Shown piece after piece: positions 19,071-29,021 of a stretch of 64,000 bases of DNA. Origin of the DNA: Clostridia bacterium (GTDB lineage: Bacteria; Bacillota; Clostridia; TANB77; CAG-508). The stretch is taken from NCBI GenBank assembly GCA_022791835.1, contig JAAVZW010000027.1:10112-74111 (forward strand), given 5' to 3'. Position numbers and translations under genes: made by a program. The stretch's first letter is position 1. The number at the start of each line of letters is the position of its first letter. The notes beneath the pieces were generated by a model. It made no database searches. It worked only from the letters and a program-made list of their open reading frames with translations, and was not told where the DNA came from.

Positions 19071-19412
19071 CTATTTTGACATAGCTGCTTGTTTGAAAAA
19101 ACTTACAAATCCTTCGTCTTTCATGAGTTCTTTTATTATAGAAGCTAAGTCTTGTTCTTTTGCATCTTTCTCACTTATTCCTTTATAGTTCATTATAAAT
19201 TCTGTTAATTCGGTTTTTACTAGATACAGTTTACTTCCAATTCTAAGCATTATTTTCATGCCTATTTGAGTTTTTAGTTTTTCTGTATCCTCTCTGCTCT
19301 TTCCTTTTGCTGTCTTTCCTAGGTTTATCATGTCATTAATAAACTTTTCGTCAATTTCCATTTTGTCTATAATACAGCTTAGTAAGCACACACTATCTAT
19401 TGTTAGTTTCAT
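19071..19412 (-). CDS. tail assembly chaperone (G-like)
   Basis: 113 aa, between the major tail protein and the TMP. Confidence 0.45.
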   Translation of the reverse strand: MKLTIDSVCLLSCIIDKMEIDEKFINDMINLGKTAKGKSREDTEKLKTQIGMKIMLRIGSKLYLVKTELTEFIMNYKGISEKDAKEQDLASIIKELMKDEGFVSFFKQAAMSK

Positions 19413-19413
19413 A

Positions 19414-19989
19414 TTACACTTCCTCCAAATCTAAATTTTCGATGTCTTCTATGCTATAAATCGGCTCTATTTTATTGTCGCTATACTCATGATGAGCATT
19501 ATATGCTAATTCGATTTCTCCTTCAGCTTTTTGTACTGCCGAAAAATCTAGTCCGTTTTCGTCCAATGCATTTCTAATTGTTATTTTTACAAAATTTCCG
19601 CCTACTTTTTGACCGAATAATGTTACATTTTTTATGTAGTCTTCGTCTTTTAGTAATCCAAGTTCTCCTGCTTCTATCTTGATTATTTTTTGTGTTGTTG
19701 TATTTCTTGTTATTTTCGCACCTGGTAGTTTTCTTGCGAATGTATCCATAGAAGCATTTAGTGTTTTAACTGTTAAGCTTGCATTTTCGTCGTCTACTGT
19801 TGTTAGCCCTTTTGTTTTTCCTTTCGTTCCGTCATATTCAATATTCCTGTATGTTCTTTCGACTTTAAAGTTGCCACCACCACGGGTCGGACCTATCAGT
19901 CTTTGATTTTCCTCTCCGTAATTTTCATATATGATGCCGTGGTCTATTTGTATGTTTTCGACCATTTCTTTTGTCAAATTTGTATTCAT
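19414..19989 (-). CDS. major tail protein
   Basis: 191 aa, Ig-like major tail protein composition, position upstream of the chaperones. Confidence 0.6.
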   Translation of the reverse strand: MNTNLTKEMVENIQIDHGIIYENYGEENQRLIGPTRGGGNFKVERTYRNIEYDGTKGKTKGLTTVDDENASLTVKTLNASMDTFARKLPGAKITRNTTTQKIIKIEAGELGLLKDEDYIKNVTLFGQKVGGNFVKITIRNALDENGLDFSAVQKAEGEIELAYNAHHEYSDNKIEPIYSIEDIENLDLEEV

Positions 19990-20003
19990 TTTATACCTCT
20001 TTT

Positions 20004-20381
20004 CTAGTACTCGTACATTTTGATTTCAAATGTAAGTACTCTAATTTTAATAAATTTTTCCTCGTCTATTTTCGTATTACAGCTATCAAAAAAAATGACA
20101 TAAGCATAATGCTCTGTCGTTTCTCTTTTTCTGTCTAATAAGCTCTTTAAGTCGTCGCATATTTCTTCTATCTTAGTTGTATTGTTTGTAGCATCTTGTA
20201 ACTCTATTTCTAAAAAATAAGGAATATGCACTTCGTCATTGCTTTCTTTAATATCTGATACGGCATAAGGATACTCTGTGTCGTTATGTGCGTTTAAAAA
20301 GTATGTATTTACTACTTTGTCTATTTCCTTTTTTAGTGCCTCTCTAATAAAAATCCTAGCTTTCTTTTTTTCTTCACTCAT
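20004..20381 (-). CDS. tail completion / tail terminator-like protein
   Basis: 125 aa, position between the gp10-like gene and the major tail protein. Confidence 0.35.
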   Translation of the reverse strand: MSEEKKKARIFIREALKKEIDKVVNTYFLNAHNDTEYPYAVSDIKESNDEVHIPYFLEIELQDATNNTTKIEEICDDLKSLLDRKRETTEHYAYVIFFDSCNTKIDEEKFIKIRVLTFEIKMYEY

Positions 20382-20396
20382 GCTTGTTCCTCGCTT

Positions 20397-20792
20397 TCAT
20401 TGATTAGACCGTAGTGCTTTGTTTTCGTCCTCAATAGATTTTATATACATTCCTTGTATTTTTCGTATTTCGTTTTTTTCTTCTTGTACTGTATTTGCTA
20501 ATTGTGCTATTTTCCTTCTTTTGTTTGTTCCAAGTTCGTCAAATCCCAAATAGAACGCAGCAGGCTTATATCCTACTTGTAAATCTCCTTCTTTTCTAGC
20601 CCAATATTGTGTATATTTTCTTCCTCTGCCTGTTCTCCTTGTTATTTTAGCTTTTGTTCTTTTAGTTAGATATTTTCCCACGTCTTTGTTTGCTGCATGT
20701 ACTAATTGTTTCAATGCATATTTAGTTCTATCTACTTTGCTAATATATTCAATTCCATTTTTTGTAATTTTAATCGAACTTGGTACTGCCAT
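20397..20792 (-). CDS. HK97 gp10-family tail component
   Basis: 131 aa, ...RTGRGRKYTQYWARKEGDLQVGYKPAAFYLGFDELG... resembles the HK97 gp10 family. Confidence 0.5.
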   Translation of the reverse strand: MAVPSSIKITKNGIEYISKVDRTKYALKQLVHAANKDVGKYLTKRTKAKITRRTGRGRKYTQYWARKEGDLQVGYKPAAFYLGFDELGTNKRRKIAQLANTVQEEKNEIRKIQGMYIKSIEDENKALRSNQ

Positions 20793-21111
20793 ATGCTTCC
20801 ACCTCTTTGTTTGTTATACTCGTACAAGTTAGTTCTATTTTTTCGTCTGTTTTTCTCTCATATGTTTTTATTATTTTGTAATTTCTATCGTTATATCTCA
20901 CAAACATTTCGCTATTATATTCGTGTTTCCATATAGCAAATTTGATTTCAGGTTTTAATCCCGTTGCAAATGCTTGATAGAACTCTCTTTGTCCAACTTC
21001 CATTTTTTCAGCATATCTTTTGATTTGTGTTAGTTTTTTTATTGCATCGCCTATTTTGTTTGTTGTGTTTTCTGTTTGAAGTAGATATATTATTTCATTC
21101 ATTGCTATCAC
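20770..21111 (-). CDS. head-tail adaptor / head closure protein
   Basis: 113 aa, position and size. Confidence 0.4.
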   Translation of the reverse strand: MIAMNEIIYLLQTENTTNKIGDAIKKLTQIKRYAEKMEVGQREFYQAFATGLKPEIKFAIWKHEYNSEMFVRYNDRNYKIIKTYERKTDEKIELTCTSITNKEVEAYGSTKFD

Positions 21112-21412
21112 TACTTTCTTTTGTATACTCTGAAGTGGATCTCATATAATTTTTGTTTTCCTCAAAAATTTCCTGGAATTTTGCTGACAAATTAATATCT
21201 GCAAATCTAAAATTTGCTTTTACATATGCTTTTATTGTTGTTACAACAAGATTATCATCCTTGACGATTTTTTCGGGATTAATGCCAGATAGTTCCATTT
21301 TTTGTATTGCTGCCGCTTCTAGTTCTTGTAGTTCTTCGTCAAATTCGCTTGTGCTCATTCCTACACTTTTTCTCAACGCTTCTTTTGTTAAAATATTTTT
21401 ACTATCTGACAT
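21095..21412 (-). CDS. gp6-like head-tail connector protein
   Basis: 105 aa, N-terminal LTKEALRKSVGMSTSEFDEELQELEAAAIQKME pattern of Phage_connect_1. Confidence 0.5.
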   Translation of the reverse strand: MSDSKNILTKEALRKSVGMSTSEFDEELQELEAAAIQKMELSGINPEKIVKDDNLVVTTIKAYVKANFRFADINLSAKFQEIFEENKNYMRSTSEYTKESSDSNE

Positions 21413-21429
21413 TTTTATCCCTCCATTTT

Positions 21430-21801
21430 TTACATTTTTGCTAGTATTTCTGCGACAATTTCGTCTTTTTTTGCTTTTGTTAATTCTATGTTCTCATGTT
21501 CTGCTAATTCTTTTAACTGATTAACTGACATAGCTTCTAACTGTTCTTGAGTATATTTGTTTACTTCGTTTTGCACTGGTTCTTTGGGTTTTGTATTTTC
21601 ATTAGTTACTTGATTTTCTGATATTTCTGTTTCTTGTTCGTCTACTTTAACTATAATGTCTTCTACTCTTCCGATTTTTTTCACATTTAGTTCTTTCATT
21701 CTCTCGATTGATATTTCAAGAAGTGTATTGGCTGTTATGTCTTCTTTTGTGTACTTGTCTTTAAACGGTATTTCTACTCTATACTTTACAATTGTTTCCA
21801 T
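21430..21801 (-). CDS. hypothetical head protein
   Basis: 123 aa, between the major capsid and the connector. Confidence 0.3.
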   Translation of the reverse strand: METIVKYRVEIPFKDKYTKEDITANTLLEISIERMKELNVKKIGRVEDIIVKVDEQETEISENQVTNENTKPKEPVQNEVNKYTQEQLEAMSVNQLKELAEHENIELTKAKKDEIVAEILAKM

Positions 21802-21826
21802 TTCAATTTTCTCCCTTCTATAATTT

Positions 21827-23068
21827 TTAAATTTCGCCTGCAGTAGTTGCAGCTGCTTTTTTTACTCTTACAAATCCGTTGTGAGCTACTACGTTACCGC
21901 CTGCGAATACAGAACCTCTGTGAGCTATTTGACCTTCTTTGAATTTGTAGTCTTCGCTTTGTTTGATTTCTAAGTCTGAGAATAGGGCTATTTCGTAGTT
22001 TGATAATGAACCATACGCCATGCAATAGTCTCCTTCTTTTGTAGCTGGGTTCATTATTGAATTTGCTGCACTGTTTAGTACGAATGGTATTTTATTGATT
22101 TTTCCTGTGTTTCCGTTTAACTCTATGTCATAGAAAGCTTTTCCGTCTGTTGTTCTTACATTTGCAAAGCCTTGTAAGTCATTTTTGTTCATTATCATGC
22201 ACGCATCATTTACAACGTCTTCCTCTCCACCATAAGCAAAGATTATTTTGTTAAGTGTTGTGTTGTCAATTTCAGAAATTTCAATGTCTGTATTTTTGTC
22301 AATTGCAAATTTTTCAGGATTTGTAAATATTCCTTGTAGTCTTCCTTTACTTCCGTCTCCGATTAATATATCTTTGCTCATTTTTTTCTTAACTGCGATA
22401 GTTGTTCCGTTTACAGTTTTGTCGTGATAGTCTTCGTCAGCTAATCTCGTAATTTCTTCGGGTTCTTCTTGATATGCAGTAACTTTTTGTTTTTTAATTT
22501 CTGCATAATCATACTCTGTTTCTACTTGTTTGTAGTTTCCGTTTTCGTCAGTTGCTCCACCTTCTCCATAGTTCTTTACATATCCTCTTTCGTAGCTTTC
22601 TCCACCATTTAGTGGTGTTATGGTAACTAGGTCAACTAGTGTAGATACTTGATTGAATGTATCTGTTACTCCTTTTGCTGTATGCTTTGGAGTAGCAATT
22701 TGACTGTTTCCTACTGTTATTGCTCTTTTTTCTTTTAGTGCTGCTCCTCTTTCTCGTTTTTCCTTTAGTGTCATTTCTCTTTTTGTTTCTTCTCCTTCTG
22801 CTTCCTCTCCTGGTCTTTCAATCATTCTTAGTGTTACTTCTGATTGTTTTCCGTTTGCTGCTCTAGTCATTGCCTCTGCTTTTCTTCTTTTTTCTTCGTC
22901 TTCTGTTTCTTCTACGGCTGCTTCTTCCTCTTTGTTTAGATTTTCTAGTTCTCCTTGCAATTTTTCGATTTCTTCGTCTGTTAGCTCAATTGTTCCTTCT
23001 ACATTAGCACTTAGTTTTGCTCTGATTTCTGCTTTTCTTTTTAAAATTCTTTTTAATTTTTCGTTCAT
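21827..23068 (-). CDS. major capsid protein, HK97 family (with N-terminal delta/scaffold domain)
   Basis: 413 aa, charged coiled-coil N-terminus followed by an HK97 MCP-like core. Follows the prohead protease. Confidence 0.75.
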   Translation of the reverse strand: MNEKLKRILKRKAEIRAKLSANVEGTIELTDEEIEKLQGELENLNKEEEAAVEETEDEEKRRKAEAMTRAANGKQSEVTLRMIERPGEEAEGEETKREMTLKEKRERGAALKEKRAITVGNSQIATPKHTAKGVTDTFNQVSTLVDLVTITPLNGGESYERGYVKNYGEGGATDENGNYKQVETEYDYAEIKKQKVTAYQEEPEEITRLADEDYHDKTVNGTTIAVKKKMSKDILIGDGSKGRLQGIFTNPEKFAIDKNTDIEISEIDNTTLNKIIFAYGGEEDVVNDACMIMNKNDLQGFANVRTTDGKAFYDIELNGNTGKINKIPFVLNSAANSIMNPATKEGDYCMAYGSLSNYEIALFSDLEIKQSEDYKFKEGQIAHRGSVFAGGNVVAHNGFVRVKKAAATTAGEI

Positions 23069-23094
23069 GGTTTTTCACCTTTTCCTTTCTTTTT

Positions 23095-23745
23095 TTAATA
23101 TGTTTGTATTAACATCTTTTTACTTCTATCTTTTTGCAATTCGGCTCTTGCCAGCGCCTTCTGTTCTTGTTCCGCCACCGTAAAACGCGAACTCCTTGCA
23201 GTTATAGAAGTTGTATCATAAGCGGGGATGTCCACCGCACTTACGTCAAATAATTTGTCTACTTTGAGTACTCTCCATGTATGTGTTTCTTGATTATAGC
23301 TTTCTTCTTTGATAGTAAAGCAAAAACTCATTCTATCTATATATCCGCCTTTTATTTCTTCGTAGAGTTTTCTACCTTCTTCTGTTCCGTCTAGTCTTGC
23401 CCTTATGTTTAATCCGTTTGCATCTATGTATAGCTCTAGTGTTTTGTTTCTTGTTCTTGCCACTACTTTTCCACCATGATTGTAATTGAATATTACGTCT
23501 GACATGTCCGCTTCTGAGAATGCATTTCTATCAATTACTTCTTTGTATTCAGTACTGCCACATTTGAATAATGTAGTTGGACTTTCGAACGTTACCGCTT
23601 GTCCCTCTACTATCATTTCTTGAATTTGATTGCCTTCCTCGTCTTGTATGCTTTCACTTCTTACTTTTAGATTGTGAAACATTCTGTACATTCTGTCATT
23701 TCTAAGCATTTTTAGTGTTTCTTGCTTTTTTTCTTCTTCGTTCAT
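23095..23745 (-). CDS. prohead protease, HK97 family (S78)
   Basis: 216 aa from internal ATG 23745 (MNEEEKKQ...). ...AVTFESPTTLF...IDRNAFSEA...FNYNHGGKVVARTRNKTLELYIDANGL... Start overlaps the portal stop (ATGA). Confidence 0.75.
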   Translation of the reverse strand: MNEEEKKQETLKMLRNDRMYRMFHNLKVRSESIQDEEGNQIQEMIVEGQAVTFESPTTLFKCGSTEYKEVIDRNAFSEADMSDVIFNYNHGGKVVARTRNKTLELYIDANGLNIRARLDGTEEGRKLYEEIKGGYIDRMSFCFTIKEESYNQETHTWRVLKVDKLFDVSAVDIPAYDTTSITARSSRFTVAEQEQKALARAELQKDRSKKMLIQTY

Positions 23746-24963
23746 TGTACTTCCTCCTCTTTTTCGTTTAATTGATATTCGTCCGCTTTGTCTGCGTTTA
23801 CAAAATTTAGTGACTGTAACCTTCTGTCTCCGCCCTGGAACTGGTGCTCTGTTCCAAATTTCTCTTTGTTCATTTATAGTGAATAGATGTCCCAATTTTT
23901 CACATATTGTTATCTTAGTGCTATTCGATGCATTTGCTAATCTATTTGCTTCTAGTATTATTTCATTGCCGTATCCGATTTCAGTTTGAGTAAATATTTT
24001 TCGTGTAAGTTCTTGGCTCATTTGTATTGCAAACGGTTCTATTGTAGTTTCAAAATATGCCGTCCACTCCTCTTCTGTGTAATTACCTTTTATAATTTTT
24101 TCGTTGGTATTAAAGTACTCATATAGTTCTTGCTTACTATAATCCATTTGAGCTTTGTTCGGTACATATGGCTCTGTTTTCATTTCTTGAAATTCATATC
24201 GCGGGTCTGTATAAGCTATTCCTTTACTATTATTGATATTTAAGTATCTTTCCGAAAAATCGTTTACATTTTTTTCCACATCTCCTGGTTGTAATACATT
24301 TTTAAACTTTAGTATTCCTCGAATAAATGCTGTATTTCGTATTGCATACTTAATTCCTTGTGTTGTATCATTTATTACATCAAATGTAGTCTGTAAAACT
24401 TTTGAATTGCTTGCACCCCAAAAGTCGTTTTCATTATAGTGTTTTCGTATATGTATAACATCTTTGTATGATGCAAATACAGTTTCTCCATTTCTAAATC
24501 TAAATTTTAAATATAATTCTTTGTTTTCGTCTTCGTATACTTCTACGCTCGAGCTGTTTAGCGGATATATTCCCAAAACGCCATTCATTCCTGGTACATT
24601 TTTATCTCTATCAATATACGCAAATGCATTGTTATTTTCTTCCCTTTGTATCATTATTTTTTGTAAGAAATCAAACATTGTCATATATTTGTTCGGTGCT
24701 TTTAATATTCGCTCTATGTTTTGATTTGGCAAGACTTTTATTTCATTGTCTAAAATTCTAATGTGTTTAGGATGTAGTTTTGCTGCGTTTATGCCGTTTG
24801 TTCCGATTGCTGTTCTTGCTATACTGCTGTCATATATTTTCCCATTCCAGTTGTAAAACGCCGAACTACTGTCATTTAGCATTTTGAATTTATTTATTAC
24901 TTTGTACTTCGGTTCCTTACTACCGAATATATTTTCAAGCATACTTCGTAAATTTTTTCTCAC
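23742..24963 (-). CDS. portal protein (HK97 family), apparent frameshift near 23800 fuses it in the track to the protease ORF
   Basis: In the 622-aa track ORF the stretch GRRQKVTVTKFCKRRQSGRISIKRKRGGST is out-of-frame. The alternative frame gives ...QGGDRRLQSLNFVNADKADEYQLNEKEEEVQ* ending at 23742. Indel at the CCAGGG run. Confidence 0.7.
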
Positions 24964-24975
24964 GTTTTGCCTCCT

Positions 24976-26691
24976 TTACTGTATCATGTTTAAATAGTCA
25001 TTTTTCTTTTGTTCTAATATTACATAAGCATCTAATAGTGCCGCCATTCCATCTATACGTAGAGTTGCCTTTCTTCCTTTTTCTGGCTGTATATTCCCGT
25101 TTCTATCTACATCTATATTTGTATTGCTTAAGCACCATTTGTCAATTGGATTATTGTTGTATACTACGATTTTTGACTTTAAGTCTGCTCCTAAGTTTTT
25201 CATTGGTGAAGATAACGTTTTTTTACCTTGATGTACTTCTATCATTGCCTCTTCTCCAAAGTGTCCTTTCATTTCCTCCACCCAATATTCTGCTGACCAT
25301 GCGTCATATCCTATCCACGGAATATATATTCCATATTCGTCCCTGATTTCTAAAAACCATTTTGTGATTTCTTTTGGGTGCACTTTGTTCCCTGGACTAA
25401 GTCGTAAAAGTTCTCTTTCATACCACTTGTCGTACGGGATTTTGTCTTCTTTTATCTTTTTTTCTAGCAACTCTTCGGGTAGCCAATACATTTGTAGTAC
25501 GTATATTTTTATGTCATTTGGCAATTGGAAAATTACTTTTGCTGCGGTTAAGTCCGTTGTGCTTGACAAGTCTGTACCACCGATACCATATTTTACTTTC
25601 ATTTTTGCTAGATTGAATGTTGCCTCGTTGTTAAGTTCTTCGAATGATAACCAGCTTGACGTACTTGTTTCTCTTACATTGAAGTCCTTGCATAGTAGAT
25701 TTTTTAGTTCGTCTGGCTTACGTTTTGCTTTTGCTACTTTATCTTTCAATCCTTTTAATTTTTTGATTGTGCCTAATCCTGGATTTGCTTTCATATAGCA
25801 ACTTTCGTTTGTCCATTCGTCTTTGCTATCAAGTTCATATATGACTGCAAGTAGTGTTTCGTCTATAAAGTCTAGCGAAGGGTCTACATAACTATTAATT
25901 ACATTTGTTGCATACTCGTATTCGCTATCAAATACATTTTCTCTCACTGTTCCCATTGTTGAAGTTTCTAGAAACAATGGCTGGTCTCTTACGTCCATGC
26001 TATCATATGTAACGTCTATCAAGTTTTTGTCTTTCATTGCATGTACTTCGTCTGCTGCTACAAACGAAGCATTTAAACCGTCTAGTGTGTCTGACTCACT
26101 AGATAACGGTTTGAATGTTGCTTCTTCTTCTTCGTAGTAAAGCTCTGCTATTAAAGGTTTCACTCTCTTTAGTAGCACAGGATTTTTCTTTATCATTCTT
26201 TTTGCTTCTGACCAAAGTATTTTTGCCTGGTCCTTTTTAGTTGCAATAGAATAACATTCTGCTCCAGGTTCTCCGTCCATAAGTAGCATATATAAACCGA
26301 TTGCTGCTGCTAGTGTCGATTTTCCGTTTTTTCTTGCCACGAACAAGATTACTTTTCTATATTTTCTAAATCCTGTGTTTGCATCTACAAATCCGAATAT
26401 AGCTGATACAAAAGCTTTTTGCCATAATTCTAATTTGAACGGTTGCCCCGCCCATTTTTTGCCTTTGCTATGTTTACAAAATGTTTCTATGAACTCAATT
26501 GCAAACATTGCTTTTTCTTCGTCAAAGATATATGTATATTCCTCGTATTCTTCTGTATCTTCGTTTTGAATTAAAACTGTTCGAGGATTATCTATGTCTT
26601 TTACCAGTTTTTCATAGACGATTTTTACTTTTCTTGAAGTTATTATTTCTCCACTTTGAATTTTCTCGTAGTATTCTTTTATGTAGTTCAT
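24976..26691 (-). CDS. terL: terminase large subunit
   Basis: 571 aa, Terminase_1-like ATPase + nuclease, adjacent to TerS. Confidence 0.85.
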   Translation of the reverse strand: MNYIKEYYEKIQSGEIITSRKVKIVYEKLVKDIDNPRTVLIQNEDTEEYEEYTYIFDEEKAMFAIEFIETFCKHSKGKKWAGQPFKLELWQKAFVSAIFGFVDANTGFRKYRKVILFVARKNGKSTLAAAIGLYMLLMDGEPGAECYSIATKKDQAKILWSEAKRMIKKNPVLLKRVKPLIAELYYEEEEATFKPLSSESDTLDGLNASFVAADEVHAMKDKNLIDVTYDSMDVRDQPLFLETSTMGTVRENVFDSEYEYATNVINSYVDPSLDFIDETLLAVIYELDSKDEWTNESCYMKANPGLGTIKKLKGLKDKVAKAKRKPDELKNLLCKDFNVRETSTSSWLSFEELNNEATFNLAKMKVKYGIGGTDLSSTTDLTAAKVIFQLPNDIKIYVLQMYWLPEELLEKKIKEDKIPYDKWYERELLRLSPGNKVHPKEITKWFLEIRDEYGIYIPWIGYDAWSAEYWVEEMKGHFGEEAMIEVHQGKKTLSSPMKNLGADLKSKIVVYNNNPIDKWCLSNTNIDVDRNGNIQPEKGRKATLRIDGMAALLDAYVILEQKKNDYLNMIQ

Positions 26692-27053
26692 TGTCTCATT
26701 TTTTCTTTAAACTTAGTAAAATCATCGTCCATTTTTATATCATTTCCTGGCGGTAGACTTTCTGATAATTGCTTTATAGTTGTGTTGTAGCTTTTCATAG
26801 TTGCATTGTACGCTTTTAGCGCGGGTTGTTCTCTTAGAAATTCCTGTTTTCCTTGCTTGAATTTTTCTATTGTTCCTTTTTTTTCTATAATTTCGTTTAA
26901 TTCTTTAAGTTGTGCATACATAAATCCTGCTTGTTCTATCAAGCCTGCCAGTAGAGCTCTCTGATTTTCTTTTGCTCTTTTAAAGATTTGTTCTAATTCA
27001 TTAATTTTCTGTTCTTTTAGCTCTTTTTTCTTCTTATTTGTCAATACTTTCAC
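26688..27053 (-). CDS. terS: terminase small subunit (P27 family)
   Basis: 121 aa, ...GKQEFLREQPALKAYNATMKSYN... resembles P27 family; overlaps terL by 4 nt. Confidence 0.6.
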   Translation of the reverse strand: MKVLTNKKKKELKEQKINELEQIFKRAKENQRALLAGLIEQAGFMYAQLKELNEIIEKKGTIEKFKQGKQEFLREQPALKAYNATMKSYNTTIKQLSESLPPGNDIKMDDDFTKFKEKMRQ

Positions 27054-27054
27054 C

Positions 27055-27140
27055 TACTTTCTTTAGGTTTACCCCCCCTCGTCTATCAGCACTTGTGTAT
27101 TTTTTAGAGCTGCCCCCAACGGTCCTTTATAATAAAATAT
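27055..27140. other. candidate cos/packaging-site region
   Basis: Three G/C runs (CCCCCCC, GCCCCC, GCGGGGGG) in otherwise AT-rich DNA between HNH and terS. The HNH + TerS/TerL arrangement is typical of cos phages. Confidence 0.3.
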
Positions 27141-27144
27141 CTAA

Positions 27145-27456
27145 TTATTTTTGCGGGGGGATATTTTTTATTAAGTTTCCGTCGCTGTCAAACTTCACAT
27201 CTTCTTTCGTGTACTGATTACTTGAGTTGTGTTCTTTATTGTGACAATCCTGACATACATATTCTAAGTTTTCAAAGTTAAGTGTTATGTATGCATTGTC
27301 TATGTTGCTTGGTTCAAGTTCTATTTTATGATGCACGATTTTCCCTGGTCGTTCTTTGCATCTATTGCATGTCTTGTCTGGTAAGCTATCAATAAAAGCT
27401 TGTCTACATTCTAGCCATGCTTTTGATTTATAGAAATTCTTTGCAAATTCTCGCAT
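27145..27456 (-). CDS. HNH endonuclease (terminase-associated)
   Basis: 103 aa, CNRCKE...HHKIE...CQDCHNKEH zinc-finger/HNH pattern immediately upstream of terS. Confidence 0.7.
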   Translation of the reverse strand: MREFAKNFYKSKAWLECRQAFIDSLPDKTCNRCKERPGKIVHHKIELEPSNIDNAYITLNFENLEYVCQDCHNKEHNSSNQYTKEDVKFDSDGNLIKNIPPQK

Positions 27457-27613
27457 CGTTTATCCTTTCTTTGCTTAATAAAAAAGAGCGACAGACATAA
27501 TCGCCTGTGCTCTCCAGCACACCTATTACTAGGATTAAACACATTATACTATTGACATCTTATATCTGTCTATAAAAACGTCCTCGTTTTGTCCTCGTTT
27601 TGTCTAACTTTTT

Positions 27614-28006
27614 TTAGTCGTCTTTCAAATAGCCTAATACTCTAGCAAAAGAACGTATTGCAAAATCTCTTATTTTATAGTATTCATTTTTGTTTTTAAT
27701 TTTTAGAGATTGCATGACTTTCCACCTTGGCTCGTCTTGAAAGTATCTTAGGTCTATTAGTTTTCGTTTTTCCTCGTTAAGTCTTCTATCATATACGCTT
27801 TCTATTGCAATTATTTTCTTTTTGATTTGTTCGTCATATTCTACGCTGCTTTCTACTAATGATTTGAAATCATATGTATTGTAGTCTTTGAATGTTCTAT
27901 TTGTTATACCTAGTCCGCTTGCCTCTATTCTTAGTATCCAGTCTGGATATTTTCGTAAGTCTTTTTCAACATAATGTATTATTTCTTCCGTTAATCCTTC
28001 TAACAT
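27614..28006 (-). CDS. ArpU/RinA-family phage late transcriptional activator
   Basis: 130 aa, ...KKIIAIESVYDRRLNEEKRKLIDLRYFQDE... sigma region-4-like ArpU family. Confidence 0.6.
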   Translation of the reverse strand: MLEGLTEEIIHYVEKDLRKYPDWILRIEASGLGITNRTFKDYNTYDFKSLVESSVEYDEQIKKKIIAIESVYDRRLNEEKRKLIDLRYFQDEPRWKVMQSLKIKNKNEYYKIRDFAIRSFARVLGYLKDD

Positions 28007-28046
28007 TTTTCCCTCCGCTTCTTGTGTTCTTTAGATTATAGAGTGC

Positions 28047-28184
28047 ATAGTTTTATGTTTCTTTAGATAATCTATTGCACTCCAATATTTTAATCCATAT
28101 TGTCCATTTTTTGTTTTTTCTATTTGTGCTATATATTTTTCTGCTTTTTCCTTCGTCCATATTCTAGCCACTTTTATTTCTCCT
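28047..28184 (-). CDS. small hypothetical protein (45 aa, GTG start)
   Basis: RBS GAAAGGAGA then GTG; VARIWTKEKAEKYIAQIEKTKNGQYGLKYWSAIDYLKKHKTMHSII*. Confidence 0.3.
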
Positions 28185-28309
28185 TTCTACTTTTTATCTT
28201 TATCGTCATTACCAAAGTACACACATATTATTATTGTTACACATATTATTATTGTGATTATTACTCCGTCGCTCATGCTTGTCCCTCCTTCCGCTTCTTT
28301 TTTTATTTT

Positions 28310-28728
28310 TTAATATTCTTCTATCTTGACATATATTCGTGGTGTATTAGAGTACTTTTTTTCTACTTGTAGTTTTATTACTTGTGTATCGTCTTTGAAC
28401 ACAAATGTATTCATTGCATCTAATACTATTTTTGTGATATTATCTATGTCGGGTTTTTTCGTCGGACTTATGTTTTCTGATAACATTTCCGCTTCTTTCT
28501 TTTTACTTGTAGATTTTGGGATACTAAAATATGCAATAATCGTTACAGCGATTCTCCCTTCAAACGGTTTAAAATACGGATAATCTCTTATGAACCATTG
28601 TCGCATAGCATATTCATATAGTTTTGTTTTTCCTGGTGTATATGCTCGTCCTGTGTATGTATTCATACGTGGTCTTGCTTTGCCGAACTGGTTCTCCTAA
28701 CATTTCAAATTCATACATAAATTTCCCC
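28310..28728 (-). CDS. rusA: RusA-family Holliday junction resolvase, apparent frameshift near 28690
   Basis: ...KKPDIDNITKIVLDAMNTFVFKDDTQV... (RusA motif). N-terminus MYEFEMLGEPV... is in another frame. Confidence 0.65.
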
Positions 28729-28733
28729 CCTTT

Positions 28734-29021
28734 TTATTCTTCTGGCATTTGATAAACTATATTTTGAATAAGTTTCTCACTAGGTATGAATTCATTTATT
28801 TGTATTCTTGGTATCTTAAGCATTTCCATGTTTCCATACGCTATGAATATTTCTTGTAATATCTCTTTCGCTCTTTTTACTGTTGTGTATTGTCCTAATG
28901 TTCCACTTGAATTTTTAATATAAAATAAGGTTTTCTCACATTTTATATTTTCGTATAATTCTGTTATCCATATTTCAATGTTTTGCGTAATCTTAGTTCT
29001 ATCTTGACTTACTATTAACAT
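28734..29021 (-). CDS. hypothetical protein
   Basis: 95-aa ORF in the early-gene block, no recognisable domain. Confidence 0.4.
   Translation of the reverse strand: MLIVSQDRTKITQNIEIWITELYENIKCEKTLFYIKNSSGTLGQYTTVKRAKEILQEIFIAYGNMEMLKIPRIQINEFIPSEKLIQNIVYQMPEE

Noticed and set aside
23095-24963. 622-aa portal-prohead protease fusion protein
   Set aside because: The linker (GRRQKVTVTKFCKRRQSGRISIKRKRGGST) is out-of-frame junk. The alternative frame gives a normal portal C-terminus ending in a stop that overlaps the protease ATG (ATGA). The fusion comes from a 1-nt indel at a CCAGGG run.
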